Shown here: one piece after another, positions 12,396-23,691 of the stretch
Numbering within the stretch: the first letter of the stretch is position 1
Layout: the number at the start of each line of letters is the position of its first letter
Source of the DNA: Felis catus
Lineage: Eukaryota
DNA: 64,000 nt
Assembly: GCF_018350175.1 (NCBI RefSeq)
Contig: NC_058375.1
Span: 203,360,001 to 203,424,000, forward strand
Reading direction: 5' to 3'
The notes under the pieces: generated by a model
What the model was told of the DNA's origin: nothing
Databases searched by the model: none
What the model saw: only the letters and a program-made list of their open reading frames with translations
Made by a program: the position numbers and the translations under genes

Positions 12396-12698
12396 CTGGG
12401 GGTGAGGACGAGGGCTTAAGTTAATAGGGACACGCAGGGCCCCCAGGAGGAGAGACGCATCTTCCCCCTCCCTGCAGCCTCCACTTCTCTTAGATATCTA
12501 AGGCACCAGCCCGATCCTCTGTACCCTTAACCCAAAGTCTCCTCCTCCCCAGGAAACGCACTGCCCTCTGTGACCCGCCCCAGAAGAGTCCCTCGAGGAA
12601 GGGAGGTGGGAAGGCAGTGTTCCCAGGACCAGCCGCCAGCCTGCCAGTCCCGAGGGGAGATGATGCCCTCTCCCAACCGTCCCTCCCCAGTTGCTTAC

Positions 12699-12803
12699 CC
12701 TCCACCTCCAGCTGAGCCACGGACTGGGCGGGTCCCGCCTGGAAGCGGACCTCACCGGCGTCCTCCGGGCGCAGCTCGCTCAGCACCAGAACATGTTTCC
12801 TCC
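12699..12803 (-). CDS. OBSL1: OBSL1 exon 19
   Basis: GRKHVLVLSELRPEDAGEVRFQAG...LEVE; 105 nt. Confidence 0.92.
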
Positions 12804-13117
12804 CTGGGGGTGAGAGAGGCGCTAGCGAGGCCGGAGCAGCCAAGGGGAGGGTTCGGGGATGAAGGTGGGCCGGAGTAGGTCCCCGGGTCGGTTTGGACGC
12901 GGCCAAAGTGCGCTGGGGGCGGGACTGAGGGGAAAGAGGAGTGGTCCAGGACCGGTGGCTCAGAGCTGGGGACCGGGGAAATACCGGGAGAAGGTTCCTT
13001 GGGCTGTGGGGCGGGGCTCACTCGAGCCAGAGGCGGGGCTTATCCTAGTAGGGCGGGGTTTGCCTGAGCCGGGGGCGGGGCAGCAGGGGGCCAGAATAGG
13101 AAGAAAGTCCGCCAGAC

Positions 13118-13279
13118 CTTCCTGTCGGATGCGGACGCGGCCTCCGGGTCTCAGCGGCCGGCCTCCGAGCTCCCAGCTCCCGGTGGTCTCCACCTCCGAC
13201 ACGGTGCACTCGAACGTGGCGCCGTCGCCTTCGCGGGCGCGCACCGCCCGGAGCTCGGAGAGCACTGACACCGTGCGCT
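13118..13279 (-). CDS. OBSL1: OBSL1 exon 18
   Basis: ERTVSVLSELRAVRAREGDGATFECTVS...IRQE; 162 nt. Confidence 0.92.
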
Positions 13280-13451
13280 CTGGGGCGGAGCCGGGGGCGT
13301 GAGGTGGGGGGGCGGGGCTGAGGGGGCGGTGCCCGCTCACGCCCACACTCCGCCCTACTCCCGGGAGGCACCGGAGTCTGTCCGGGGCTAGTCGGGTCCG
13401 CAGTCCCCGCGCCCGCAGCATTGCCCAGTCCGGGCAGCGCCCGGTACCCAC

Positions 13452-13608
13452 CGCGCACTGCCAGGCGGACGGGCCCGGCGCGAGCCGTCCCCACTGCACA
13501 GCTGTAGGTCCCGGCGTCCAAGGGGCCGCAGCGCCGCAGCTGGAGAAGGCGTCGCGTGCCGAGGGCCTGGAGCCTGAGCCGAGGGCTGGGGGTGAGCGGG
13601 CGCCCGTC
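13452..13608 (-). CDS. OBSL1: OBSL1 exon 17
   Basis: DGRPLTPSPRLRLQALG...DAGTYSCAVG...LAVR; 157 nt. Confidence 0.92.
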
Positions 13609-14157
13609 CTAGGGGCGAGATTTGCAGAGGGTCGGGGAGAATTCGGTTGGACACAGGCAGCCTCGGCCTTGGGAGAGGGCGGCGCCGTCTGTTGAAGTCC
13701 AGAGGTTTCGAGGAGCATTTATGCCTCTCTGTCCCCCCAGGCTGGGATCTGGCTGTCCTGAGCCTTTGGGGCCTCCCCAGGAGCCTCACTGGGAAGGTGT
13801 CATCCTTGGGGATGTTAGGACTGAAAAGGGGCGCCGTGGGCACTGGAAGCCAAAAGTCGTGTACCGATCACTCTGGACGTGAGCATGGATTCTAGAATAA
13901 GGCAAATCTGGATTCAAATATGGCTCTACCCCTTTTGTCTGCCGCTGGGCGATGTCACCCCACTGAGCTTCAGGCTCCTTAGGGATAACACGGAGATAGC
14001 AAAACCTACTCTATAGGGCTGTTGTAAGGATTAGAGGGTTTAATGTAAAGTAAATCTGAGCACAGTGCCAGACACATCTGTTCAGGGAGTATTAGTTGTT
14101 TCCATTTGGGCCATTATCATTATGTCCTTATGACGTCAAGGTGGGATGGGTTCTGAC

Positions 14158-14270
14158 CTTCTCCCAGGTGACATCAGCCAAGGCCTGGGAAAGCTCGCAC
14201 TCCAATGTAGCTGTGTCTCCCTCGGTCACCTCTAGGTCCTGCGGCCCCCTCACAATGGTCACTGGGGCCT
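14158..14270 (-). CDS. OBSL1: OBSL1 exon 16
   Basis: EAPVTIVRGPQDLEVTEGDTATLECELSQALADVTWEK; 113 nt. Confidence 0.92.
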
Positions 14271-14289
14271 CTGGGAGGGGGAGAAGGAA

Positions 14290-15115
14290 GACACACTTGG
14301 GCACAGGGGTCAGTGGTGGACACATTCGGGGAAGGTGGTGGGTGGAGGCCACTCGTCAGAGGGGGATGTGCCGGGACACAAGTGGTCCAAGTGGGATGCT
14401 AGGCAGTGGAGGACACAACAGGGCCACAGGGGTCAATGGGACAGGAGTGGCCAGCTGGGGGTATCACACTTTAAGTTGGCCAGTGGGGGACATGCTGGAA
14501 TTAGAGGGGCATGGGGGCGGGAACCAAAGCAGGGACGCCAGTGGAGTCACCTATAGGCGGGCATGGTCAGTGGGGACCACACTTCACTGGAATGGACAGG
14601 TGATACTGGCCAGTGGGAGACATGATGTGTTCAGAGGAGCAATGGGGGGAACTCCAGAGCACGTGTTGTCAGTGGGGAATATGGGGCATAGAAAAAATGG
14701 GCATCCCTGAACCAGAGTTGCTAGTAGAGTCATCCTTAGGCAGTTAGTGGGTCACTGGGACTTGAGTGGTCAGAAGGGCACACGCAGGCAGGCAGCAGGG
14801 GCCATGGCAGGCAGGTGTGGTCAGTGGGGCCACACTCAGGGTGGTCAGTGGGGCCCTGGTCAGGCAGCAGACAAGAGGGACCACACCGGCACAGGCACAC
14901 TCACAGTGGCATGGTCAGTGGTTCACAGGGACCAGAAGGTCAGTGGAGTCACGCTGGATCAGATCGGCCAGAGGAGCCACACTCAAGCAGGGTGGTCTCG
15001 GGGGCCACCCAAGGCCAAAGAGTCAGGGGAGGCACACTCCGACAGGCAGGGTCAGTGCAGGGGGCCACACAGGGAGGGGGATCGGTGGAACCACACTCAG
15101 GGCAGTCAGCAGGCA
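14290..15115 (+). repeat. Decayed minisatellite filling OBSL1 intron 15
   Basis: About 20 degenerate copies of GGTCAGTGG(R)GCCACACTCAG. Confidence 0.65.
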
Positions 15116-15138
15116 AGCGGCGGGCCCAGAATCCACAC

Positions 15139-15405
15139 CTCTCACAGTGAGTCTGGCCGCGCAGCGCAGGGAATCCGCCGTGAAGGTGATGCAGCCCGAG
15201 TCAGCCAGGCCCAGGCCGCTGAGCACCAGACGGTGACTGTGGCTCTCTGCATGCATGTGGCACTTGGGCCCCGGCTGCAGCCGGACTCCACCTCGGGCCC
15301 ACTCCCCGGTCACACCCTCCTGGGACAGCTCCAGCTGGAAGGTGGCACTGCCCCCCTCAGTGACGGTCACATCCTCCAGAGGCCGCAGCACCCTTAGCTG
15401 CCTCG
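15139..15405 (-). CDS. OBSL1: OBSL1 exon 15 (Ig)
   Basis: RQLRVLRPLEDVTVTEGG...ARLTVR; 267 nt. Confidence 0.93.
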
Positions 15406-15689
15406 CTGGTGGGGGGAGATGGGGAGAGAGGGAGGATGAGGGCTCCAGCTCTGGGCAGGGGTTTGGAGGGTTCACACAGCTCTTGGCCCCACCTGTACCA
15501 CCCCTAACACCCAATCTGAGCCCCTGTGGAAGGAAGCCCAGAACCAGGGTCAGGGAGAAAGGAGCACAGGAGGCCAACGGGGTGGGGTGGGGAGGGGCTT
15601 AGGAGAGGGCACACGTGAAGGAGACGAGTTGTGGCTAGAGGGTCAAGGAGTCTGGGTGAGGGGTGCTGTGACACTGGGAGGAGCACAGG

Positions 15690-15855
15690 AATCGGAGTCA
15701 GACAAGCTGGGATTAGGCCCTAGCTCTGCCACATGGTTTGTGTGCTGTGTGACCTTTGGCAAACTGCTCGACCTCTCTGGGCTTTAGTTTCTCCAACCGT
15801 ACAAGGTGAACAGCATTGAGACATGGGTTTATTGCGATTAAATGAATGAAATAAA
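15690..15855 (+). mobile_element. MIR SINE
   Basis: GCTGTGTGACCTTTGGCAA...TTTCTCC...GATTAAATGA MIR core. Confidence 0.75.
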
Positions 15856-16403
15856 TTAGAAGAGACTACATATCAGCAACAGCAACCGTTTACCAAGCTC
15901 TGTGTGGGCATTTTTCATGTCATCTCAGCTATTGTTCCTGAAGACCCTTGAAGTACGGATCAGCCCCATTCTTGAGAAAACTTGGCTCAGAGAGAGTAAG
16001 TAACTTGCATGAGGTCTCGCAGTTAATAGAAAGCTCTGGCTTGGGGCAGATGGGGGAGTTGCTATTTGCCAAATGGGCCCGTGGACCCTGGGGCAGGTGA
16101 CTGAGGGATAAACACGGCACGTGTTTCTGGAGTATAATATTTACGTTTACAGCAAAGCCAACTGGGACACGTGAAATGGAATGCAAAATCCACACGGACT
16201 TCTAGGGTAAATAGAAAACACTAGAAAATGAAAAGTTTTGCTTTGGGCAGGCTGCTTCAGGTCACACTTCTGGAGGCCAGCCAGGGCTGACTTGCCTCAG
16301 TGGCGAGGGGCACTTTGGTGGGGGGTCTGAGGGGCCCTGGGGCAGCCAGGAAAGGCTGCGCCACGGGGCAGTGTGATGGGTTAGGAGAAGACAGGGCACT
16401 CAC

Positions 16404-16676
16404 GCCTCACGCTGAGCCTGGCCAGGGTGCGATCGTGGTGGCTCTCACAGCCGTAGGTGCCCTGGTCAGCCAGGACGACGCCGTGGATGAAGAGGCGGTA
16501 GACGTGGCCGTCCTGGGCCGTGGACACGCGCGAGTCATGGGGCAAGGGCTCCCCACCTCGCACCCAGCGCACGGCACCTGCTGCGCCCACTCGACCTGTC
16601 TCTACTTCGAGGCACACGTCCTGGCCTTCCTCTGCCCGCACATCCTGCAGCCGCCGCAGGAACAGCAGCTCCGTTT
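16404..16676 (-). CDS. OBSL1: OBSL1 exon 14 (Ig)
   Basis: ETELLFLRRLQDVRAEEG...TLARLSVR; 273 nt. Confidence 0.93.
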
Positions 16677-16839
16677 CTGGGGAGGAAGGGGGAGGGGGTC
16701 ATGGAGCCTGGTGGGGCCTGGAGGCTGATGACCCCCTGCTCACCGGCCGGTCCCTGGGCAGAGGCGCAAGGCTGCCAGGGCCAGGGCTGAGAGAACAGGC
16801 CCAGGAGACAAGACCACTGCATCCCCATCAGGACCAAAC

Positions 16840-17109
16840 CTCGAACGTGGAGCCGGGCACTTGTGGCTGTGCCCCCTGCTCGGGCAGTCACGGTCCCCGC
16901 ATCCTCCAGCTGACAGCGTCGCACCGTCAGCGTGCGGCTGGAACCATTCTGGGCCATCTCTAACTGGGGCCCCGGAGTGACAACGGCCCCGTTGCGGAGC
17001 CAGGTGACATCGGCATCTGGCGGCGAGACTTCACACCGGAATGTGGCGTCGTCACCCTCGTGGACGGTGAGTGGCGTCAGCTCTGAGACCAGCTTTGCCA
17101 GTGGTGGTT
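16840..17109 (-). CDS. OBSL1: OBSL1 exon 13 (Ig)
   Basis: EPPLAKLVSELTPLTVHEGDDATFRC...ARLHVR; 270 nt. Confidence 0.93.
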
Positions 17110-17704
17110 CTGGGGGGATGGGGTCAGGCAGTGAGGTGGGCTGTGTCTTTCCCTCTCCCTCCTTTCCATCCTCTCCTGGGTGCAGGTCCTCATCTCTCAG
17201 TTATCTGAAAGATCGTTGCTGAGGACCACGGGGGGTGTCTCAGAGGACAAGATGCCAGCTCCCTGCCGCTCCTAGCTACCTCCTTTCAATCCCAGCCTGG
17301 CTCCCTACTTCTCTGACTCCCTATTAGGTAATTTACCACGGACCCTGTTTATCTCATTTAACGGTCACAACAGCCCTACAAGACAAGCACCACCCCCTGC
17401 CCCGCCCTTCAGAGCCGGGGCCCAGAGAGGTGGAGCCACTTGCCAGAGTCTCGCACTACTGACAAGTGGAACCCAGATTGGAACCTGGGTGGGTTGACCC
17501 CAAAGCCCCTGCTTTTAACCACTGGGTTATGGCTCCTCCTATACAGAGGGTTCCCCAAGCCTCATCCAAGTACTAGTTGTGCATGCACTGGTTAGAGCCC
17601 GAGGCAGCAAGGAGGGGGTCGGGGGATGAAGGAGTCCCAGAAGGGTGCAGGGGTGTGGTCTTTGGGGTGACAGGGTCCACAGGGAGTGAGGGGTGCACTG
17701 TTAC

Positions 17705-17980
17705 CTTCCACGCGGACGAGGAAGATGCGGCTGTCCTGGGGCGTGTCGCACAGGTACTCCCCAGCGTCCCAGCTCCGTGCCCCCCGCACCCGCAGCACCT
17801 GCCTTGCCCCGGCCTGCTCCAGCTGCACCCGCCCCTGGCTCGACAGTCGCTCCCCGTCCTTGTACCAGCGCACAGGGCCCCCGGGCCCGGAGAGGCGCAC
17901 CACCAGCTCTAGGTCCCCGCCTGGGGTGCTGCGAACCCTTGTCTGGGCTGCCTCGGGGGCCACCACCCGCACGGGGGGCT
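17705..17980 (-). CDS. OBSL1: OBSL1 exon 12 (Ig)
   Basis: EPPVRVVAPEAAQTRV...IFLVRVE; 276 nt. Confidence 0.93.
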
Positions 17981-18153
17981 CTGTGGGGTCAGAGCTGGGG
18001 GTCACTGGATGGGGAGAGGCCCGAGGGCTGTGGGGAGGGCAAGATACTGAGAGAGGTGAGTGAGGGATGGACAAGGCATGCTAGAGAGGCGGGGAAACTC
18101 ATACGGGCTTGGGGGTGCAACGCTCTCAGGCTTTCTGCCCAGGCCATACTCAC

Positions 18154-18441
18154 CAGCCACTTGGACAGTGAAGCTGAGGCTGGGGGCCCCCGGGGCTGTC
18201 CCGGACTGGCAGGTGTAGAGGCCTGCGTGGGCCACGTCTGCGGCCCGGATACAGAGGATGCGGCGGGGGCCCTCAGCATGGAGCTCCAGGCCCTCGCCCT
18301 CCTGCACCGGCTTCCCATTGTGAGTCCAGAAGACCAGGGCACTAGCCCGGGACAGTTCGCAGCTCAGCATCACCGGCTCCCCAGGGGCCACACAGAGTGG
18401 GGCAGGGGCTGCCTCTGGAGCAAGGAACTGGACTGGGGGCT
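18154..18441 (-). CDS. OBSL1: OBSL1 exon 11 (Ig)
   Basis: EPPVQFLAPEAAPAPLC...SFTVQVA; 288 nt. Confidence 0.93.
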
Positions 18442-18515
18442 CTGGACAGAGAGAGGAACATGTCAGCTCCGGCTGACTGCCCCCTCCCGCACCCGGGCTG
18501 GCAGGAAGCACCCAC

Positions 18516-18791
18516 CGGCCAGGCTGACATTGAAGGTGACAGCTTCATCACGAGTCTCGCACACATACTCCCCGGCGTCCTCGGGCTGGGCGTGGGGCAG
18601 GGTCAGGGTGCGAGCGGGCCCCTCGGCTCCCAGCTGCAGTGTGTCCGATGCTTCCACCTCCAGCCCATCTTTGTACCAGCGCACCTGGGACCCGGCAGGG
18701 GCCACCTCGCAGCGCAGCTCCACGCGCCCTGGAGCCCTGAACTGCAGGTCCAGGGAGCGAGCTGCCGGGTGCACGATCCTCTCTGGTGGGG
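18516..18791 (-). CDS. OBSL1: OBSL1 exon 10 (Ig)
   Basis: APPERIVHPAARSLDLQF...FNVSLA; 276 nt. Confidence 0.93.
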
Positions 18792-19541
18792 CTGGTGGAC
18801 AGACAGAGGGAAAGGTGCTCAGGCTCAGCCAGCAGGCTCCCACCCACTCACACTGGCTTCTCAGCACTCTCTCTTTCCAGAGCAGTTCTTGGGACTTGTG
18901 TGGCTTCCATCTGGGGGCACCTACTGTGTGCCCGGTGCTGTGCTAAGCACACGGCAGCTCTTTTCACAGCTACTCCTGACACTCCCGAGGACGGCACCGA
19001 TGTTGGTTTCACTTTACAGATGAGGACTCGAAGCCTCTTTAGAGGAAAGTGATTTGTCTGAGGGCCCATGAATAGACAGAGGTAGACACAGACCGATGTG
19101 ACCCCAATGCACGCCCCACCCTACCACGCCCCCACTCCATATCCCCTTTCCCCACTTTGCTTCTGATGTACTTATCATCGCCTACTGGTTGTCTGTGTAT
19201 CCTCACTAGAACTCGAGCTCCACAAAGACTGGAGGTGTTCTCTTATTGGCTTGCTAGTCTATCCCTCAGCATCCAGAACCGTGCCGAGCACATAGTAGTT
19301 GCTCAATGAATATTTGATGAATGAATGAATGCTCCTAACTGCTGGGCTCTCTCTAGTCACTGTCATGGCCTGATCTGGGCAAGCCAGGGCTCTCTGATGG
19401 CTGAGAATGAGGAGTCTGGGGGAGGGGCAGGCTGTGTGGGGCAGGTGGGGGGCCCCTAAGAAGCAGGAAGTGAGAAGGTTGGGTGTCTGTCCCTCGGCCT
19501 CCTGCCTCTCTAGCTCCCCACGGTGCCCAGAGACTGCCCAC

Positions 19542-19814
19542 CTGTGATGGTGACAGTGAAGAAGGCTGAGTCATCTCCGGCGTCACACACGAACTCGCCC
19601 CCCTGCTCGGGCTGGGCCGCAGGCAGAACCAGGCGGCGGCGTGGCCCGTCGCTCTCCAGCACCAGGGCCTCGCTCTCCTCCACCTCCAGCCCATCCTTGT
19701 ACCAGCGCACAGGGGCGTCCTCCCGAGACAGCTCACACATCAGCACCACACACTCCAAGCTCACGGCGATCAAGGTCACCTCATCTCGGGGGTATATGAT
19801 GCGCACTGGGGGCT
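19542..19814 (-). CDS. OBSL1: OBSL1 exon 9 (Ig)
   Basis: EPPVRIIYPRDEVTL...FFTVTIT; 273 nt. Confidence 0.94.
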
Positions 19815-19931
19815 CTGCAGAGTGGGGCAATCACAGGCTGTCACAAACTCAATCGCCAGCCGCCCTGGCAACACGGAGTTCCTGTCGCTCGCAACAACAA
19901 GAGTGATAAGGATAATAATAACAAGGAATAA

Positions 19932-20276
19932 CAGGTCCACGATCTACCCTCCGAAAACCCTGGGGCCAGAGATGTGAATCCAGAATGCTTCAGATCCCCG
20001 GAAAAAAAGGTGCATTTATTATATATCACATACCTGCCTCTCTTAGCCCCCACTGGAGCACCGCCCCCCCCGTGCCCCATCCCCCGCCGCAACCAACCAC
20101 ACTAACATTTCGGCAGTGTGACATATACATATACTCACTCTAAACAAGATACTTAAAGAGCAGAAATAGTTTCACAGGTTTTACTGAAATGGCTCTGAAG
20201 ACCAAACTTAGAAAAGACTTTTGGTTTGGAGAGGTTTTTTGGATTTCAGAATTGTGAACAAGAGATCGTAGATCCG
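19932..20276. mobile_element. Old TcMar-Tigger-like DNA transposon fossil
   Basis: Degenerate inverted termini CAGGTCCACGATCT / AGATCGTAGATCCG followed by TA. Confidence 0.5.
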
Positions 20277-21983
20277 TAACAGCGAATACTTCTGTATGAT
20301 TTCCTAAGGTTCCAGGAACAGTCCTAAGCACTTTACACATTGAACTCTCACAGCAATCCTAAGGGTAGGTATCATTTTATCCCTGTTTTCCAGATGAAGA
20401 AATCGAGGCAAAGAGTGATTTAACCAATCTCTTTAAGGTCACAGCTGGGTCCACGTACTCGAGGGCTGGAGGAAGAGCCACCATCTGTTAAAGGGAGGCT
20501 CAGACTCTGTGAGCAGTGCTGGGATCGAAAGCCAAAGCTTGTGAACTCAGTAATGATTTTTGCATCTGTGTCTAAGAGTTGCCAGCACCTGTCTGAGTTC
20601 CCCAGGGATGCTAAACGCTGATTCTGGGAGTTCATCTCCAACTGCTCCAAAGGGGTCATTCCTCCACAGGAAAGGACCTCCTATGTCAACACTGGAGGTG
20701 ACTGGTGCACTGAGTCCGAGCCTGCCCATGCTCCCATGCGCCCTGAACATCTCCCAGAATCTTCTAGCTTCCAAGACATTTTAGAGCCCCTTTACCATGC
20801 GGCCCCCTTGTGGCTAAGCTCAGGAACTGCTCGCTTCCCGGAAACACTTTTTTGCAGAGGTGCGCATGGGCAGACGTGCTCACCAGCACACAAGTCCTCT
20901 GCCTCCACAACCCACCTCCCTAACAGGGCTTGTTCTAAGAGTCCAAGGGACGCAGGCTGGTTCTCAGGGGTCCAGCAAGGCTGGTAGATTGCAAGGTGCG
21001 GCTGCCTGGGGAGCCAAGGAGGTGAAGGGAGCAGTGGGGTGAGGACAAGGTGCCATACAGGATTGGGGTGTCCGCACAGCTGCGGGACCTCAGCTTGGCA
21101 TCAGACTTGTTTATCCCTGGCCCAAAGCCGGGCTGGCTCTGTGTGAACTTCCGGGCCGCTTGTGTGAACTTCCCGGTGAGCAATCTGGTGTTTTGTGGGG
21201 AGGCCAGGTGTGAGCTGAAATGTGTGTCTGCCATTGTGTCTGGCCAGGGCGTGGGGCTGAAGAGCTTGAAGGGGTCACTACAGGACAAAACATGCAGAGA
21301 GAGGCCTCTTTGGCTTTGTGGCTTGGGTGTTCCAGGCTGCACTCTCGTGGGTTGGGGGTGGGGGCACCCAGGCAGCTCAGCCTGGATCGAGGCATCACTG
21401 CTGGGGCAGAGCGGAGGACAGGGCGACAAGACAGTGCCAGTGCAGCCAGTGCGGTTCTTCTGTGCCACCGAGCTGTCAGGCCCTGCGAGCGCCACCCCAC
21501 CCCCCACCCGAGCTGCACATCCACACCAGGTCTGGCGCTGAGGCCTGCGGCCCCACGCTTTCCAGCACCGAACCACCGTGACTTTCACAGTCGTCTTGTG
21601 CTCTTCCAGCTTTGAACATTCCCCCATCTACCTTCGGCCCAAACCTGACCCCACTCAGCTACCTCGGCCCCTGCCCCCAAGTATCTGCCTTGAAGGCACT
21701 CCCTGCCTGCCGGCAAGGTTAGCAGCCCCCCAGCCTTGAGCTCCCTCTGTACCCCTGTCACAACACTGGACAGTCCACCTTCTGAGACCCTCTAAAGTGT
21801 CTGCCTTTCCTCCCAGGCCGTGTGCTCCCGGAGGGAAGTGAGCGTGTCTGTCTGCTTGCCACCGGGTGTCCAGAGTCCAGCCCAGGGGCGTGGCGGCTTT
21901 CTCCGCAGCCCTCTCTGACTCTCCTGTTCTCTCTCCAGCCCTCTGCTCCTTCACATCACTTGTCACGACGTGTCAACTGTGCA

Positions 21984-22001
21984 TTTATTTGTGCATTTAT
22001 T
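21984..22001 (-). terminator. Tandem AATAAA signals, probable 3' end of the short OBSL1 isoform
   Basis: TGTGCATTTATT duplicated on + strand, giving two AATAAA on the OBSL1 strand inside intron 8. Confidence 0.7.
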
Positions 22002-22010
22002 GGTTTAACA

Positions 22011-22342
22011 CAGGGGTCGCAAACTCAAATGCCCACAGGGGCCAGGTAGGTGGTCAGGTGAATGGCGGAAGGGGTCTGGGGAGAGGCAAAGAGGAATGGC
22101 AGAGGGGGAAGGGCAGAGGAATGTGGGCCCCATATTATGGGGGCANNNNNNNNNNNNNNNNNNNNNNNNNNNNNNNNNNNNNNNNNNNNNNNNNNNNNNN
22201 NNNNNNNNNNNNNNNNNNNNNNNNNNNNNNNNNNNNNNNNNNNNNNNNNNNNNNNNNNNNNNNNNNNNNNNNNNNNNNNNNNNNNNNNNNNNNNNNNNNN
22301 NNNNNNNNNNNNNNNNNNNNNACTGCCCGTTTGCGACCCCTG
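22011..22342 (+). mobile_element. hAT-Charlie-type non-autonomous DNA transposon (MER102-like)
   Basis: Perfect 14-bp terminal inverted repeats CAGGGGTCGCAAAC / GTTTGCGACCCCTG; 332 bp; degenerate target duplication GTTTAACA/GTTAACAG; 5' sequence resembles recalled MER102. Confidence 0.8.
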
Positions 22343-22684
22343 GTTAACAGCTGCCTCCCCAGCTAGACTGCAGCTCTGAGAGCAGAGATGGTGCATGTCT
22401 CACACACCAGTTACCTGCAGCACCCGGCCCGGGGTCTGGTGGCACGTGGGAGGCACCCAGTAAATGAGCCAGGGGAGCACAGCTCTTCCTGGCCCTGGTG
22501 CTGGGGAGGAGCCTGCTTCCTGGAATAGGGGCCCTGGGGTCTTCCGGGCAGGGAGCCTCGGTACATGCACCCGCAGCCCCACCTCCCTCCTCCCCAGTGT
22601 GCCGACTAGGGGGTAGGTGGCCAGCTCCCCCGAGGGCTCAGGACTGTCCTCTGGTGACCCCGGGCGGCTGGGGTGAACCCACAC

Positions 22685-22957
22685 CTGTGACAGTGACGGT
22701 GAAGGAGGCCGACTCGTCATCGATTTCACACAAGTACTCGCCGGAGTCCTCCAGCTGGACGGCAGGCAACACGAGGCGGCGGACGGTGTCCTCCTTCTGC
22801 AAGAGCAGTGCGGGGCTCTCCACCACCTCTTCACCGTCCTTGGTCCAGCGCACCTCGGCCCACGGCCGGCACAGCTCACAGGTCAGCACCACACGCTCCA
22901 AGCGCACGGCCGCCACATACACCTTGCCACTGGGGTACACGATCCACGAGGAGACAT
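22685..22957 (-). CDS. OBSL1: OBSL1 exon 8 (Ig)
   Basis: DVSSWIVYPSGKVYV...SFTVTVT; 273 nt. Confidence 0.94.
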
Positions 22958-23691
22958 CTGCGGGACAGGGACAGTCATAGCTGGGACCGAGGTGCCCGGC
23001 TGCCCTCCCTGAGCCACGCCTGTTCCCTCCTCCTGCAAGTGGGCCACGTGTTGACGAAGAGAGCCTTCCCACCTTCCCACTTACATAGAACGCCCAGCGC
23101 TCATCACAACAAAAAAAAAAAAAAGAAAAAGAAAAAAAAAGAAGAGAATCTGCCTTTGGATTAGGTCTCCTAGCTGCTGGGACAGCCACCCCCATCTGGA
23201 GACACAACCACAGTCACCAAAGCACGTCACAGGCACGGTGGCCCCATCGGGACCACGGTGTCAGCCTTGGCTGTAGAAATGGTCTACGCTCTCTGGGTTG
23301 GGGCAGGGACCGTATGTAAGATGGGGCTGGGGAGAGGTGGGTTAGGTGCCCAGATGGAGCCAGGGTCTCCCATAGACTTTTGAGGTCTTCTGACCCCTCT
23401 AGGGTGGGGGCTTACCTGCCCTAAACCCTGCCCCGCAGGAAAGCTCTGCCATTCCTAGAGGTTCTCCTTTGCCAGAGAACGGAAAGGGGCAGAGGTGCCC
23501 TGTGACTCGTGGAGCCCTGGCCTGCGTTTAGGACAACGTAGTTTTGGTGGGTGACCGAATCGTAGGATGCAGACCGAGGAGGGGCACGCAATCAGCTTGC
23601 GGGGAGGGAAGAGGGCCTGGGGAAGAGTGGCCCGGAGGGGATCGTGTGACAGCTGCTAGGCGGTGCCACACGGACCTGCCTGTCCCCCCAC

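Noticed and set aside
10983-12405. 273-aa and 197-aa ORFs downstream of TMEM198
   Set aside because: Overlap 3'UTRs and OBSL1 antisense; stop-poor GC-rich DNA; no homology
14290-15115. Repeat-spacer look suggesting a CRISPR-like array
   Set aside because: Mammalian intron, degenerate repeats, irregular spacing, no cas genes
17693-18946. 417-aa plus-strand ORF, and similar long ORFs at 27206-28255 and 30612-31733
   Set aside because: Antisense shadows of GC-rich OBSL1 exons or ORFs running through N-gaps; no recognisable protein
20935-21627. 230-aa ORF on the OBSL1 strand in intron 8
   Set aside because: No Ig motif, no convincing splice sites, no family resemblance
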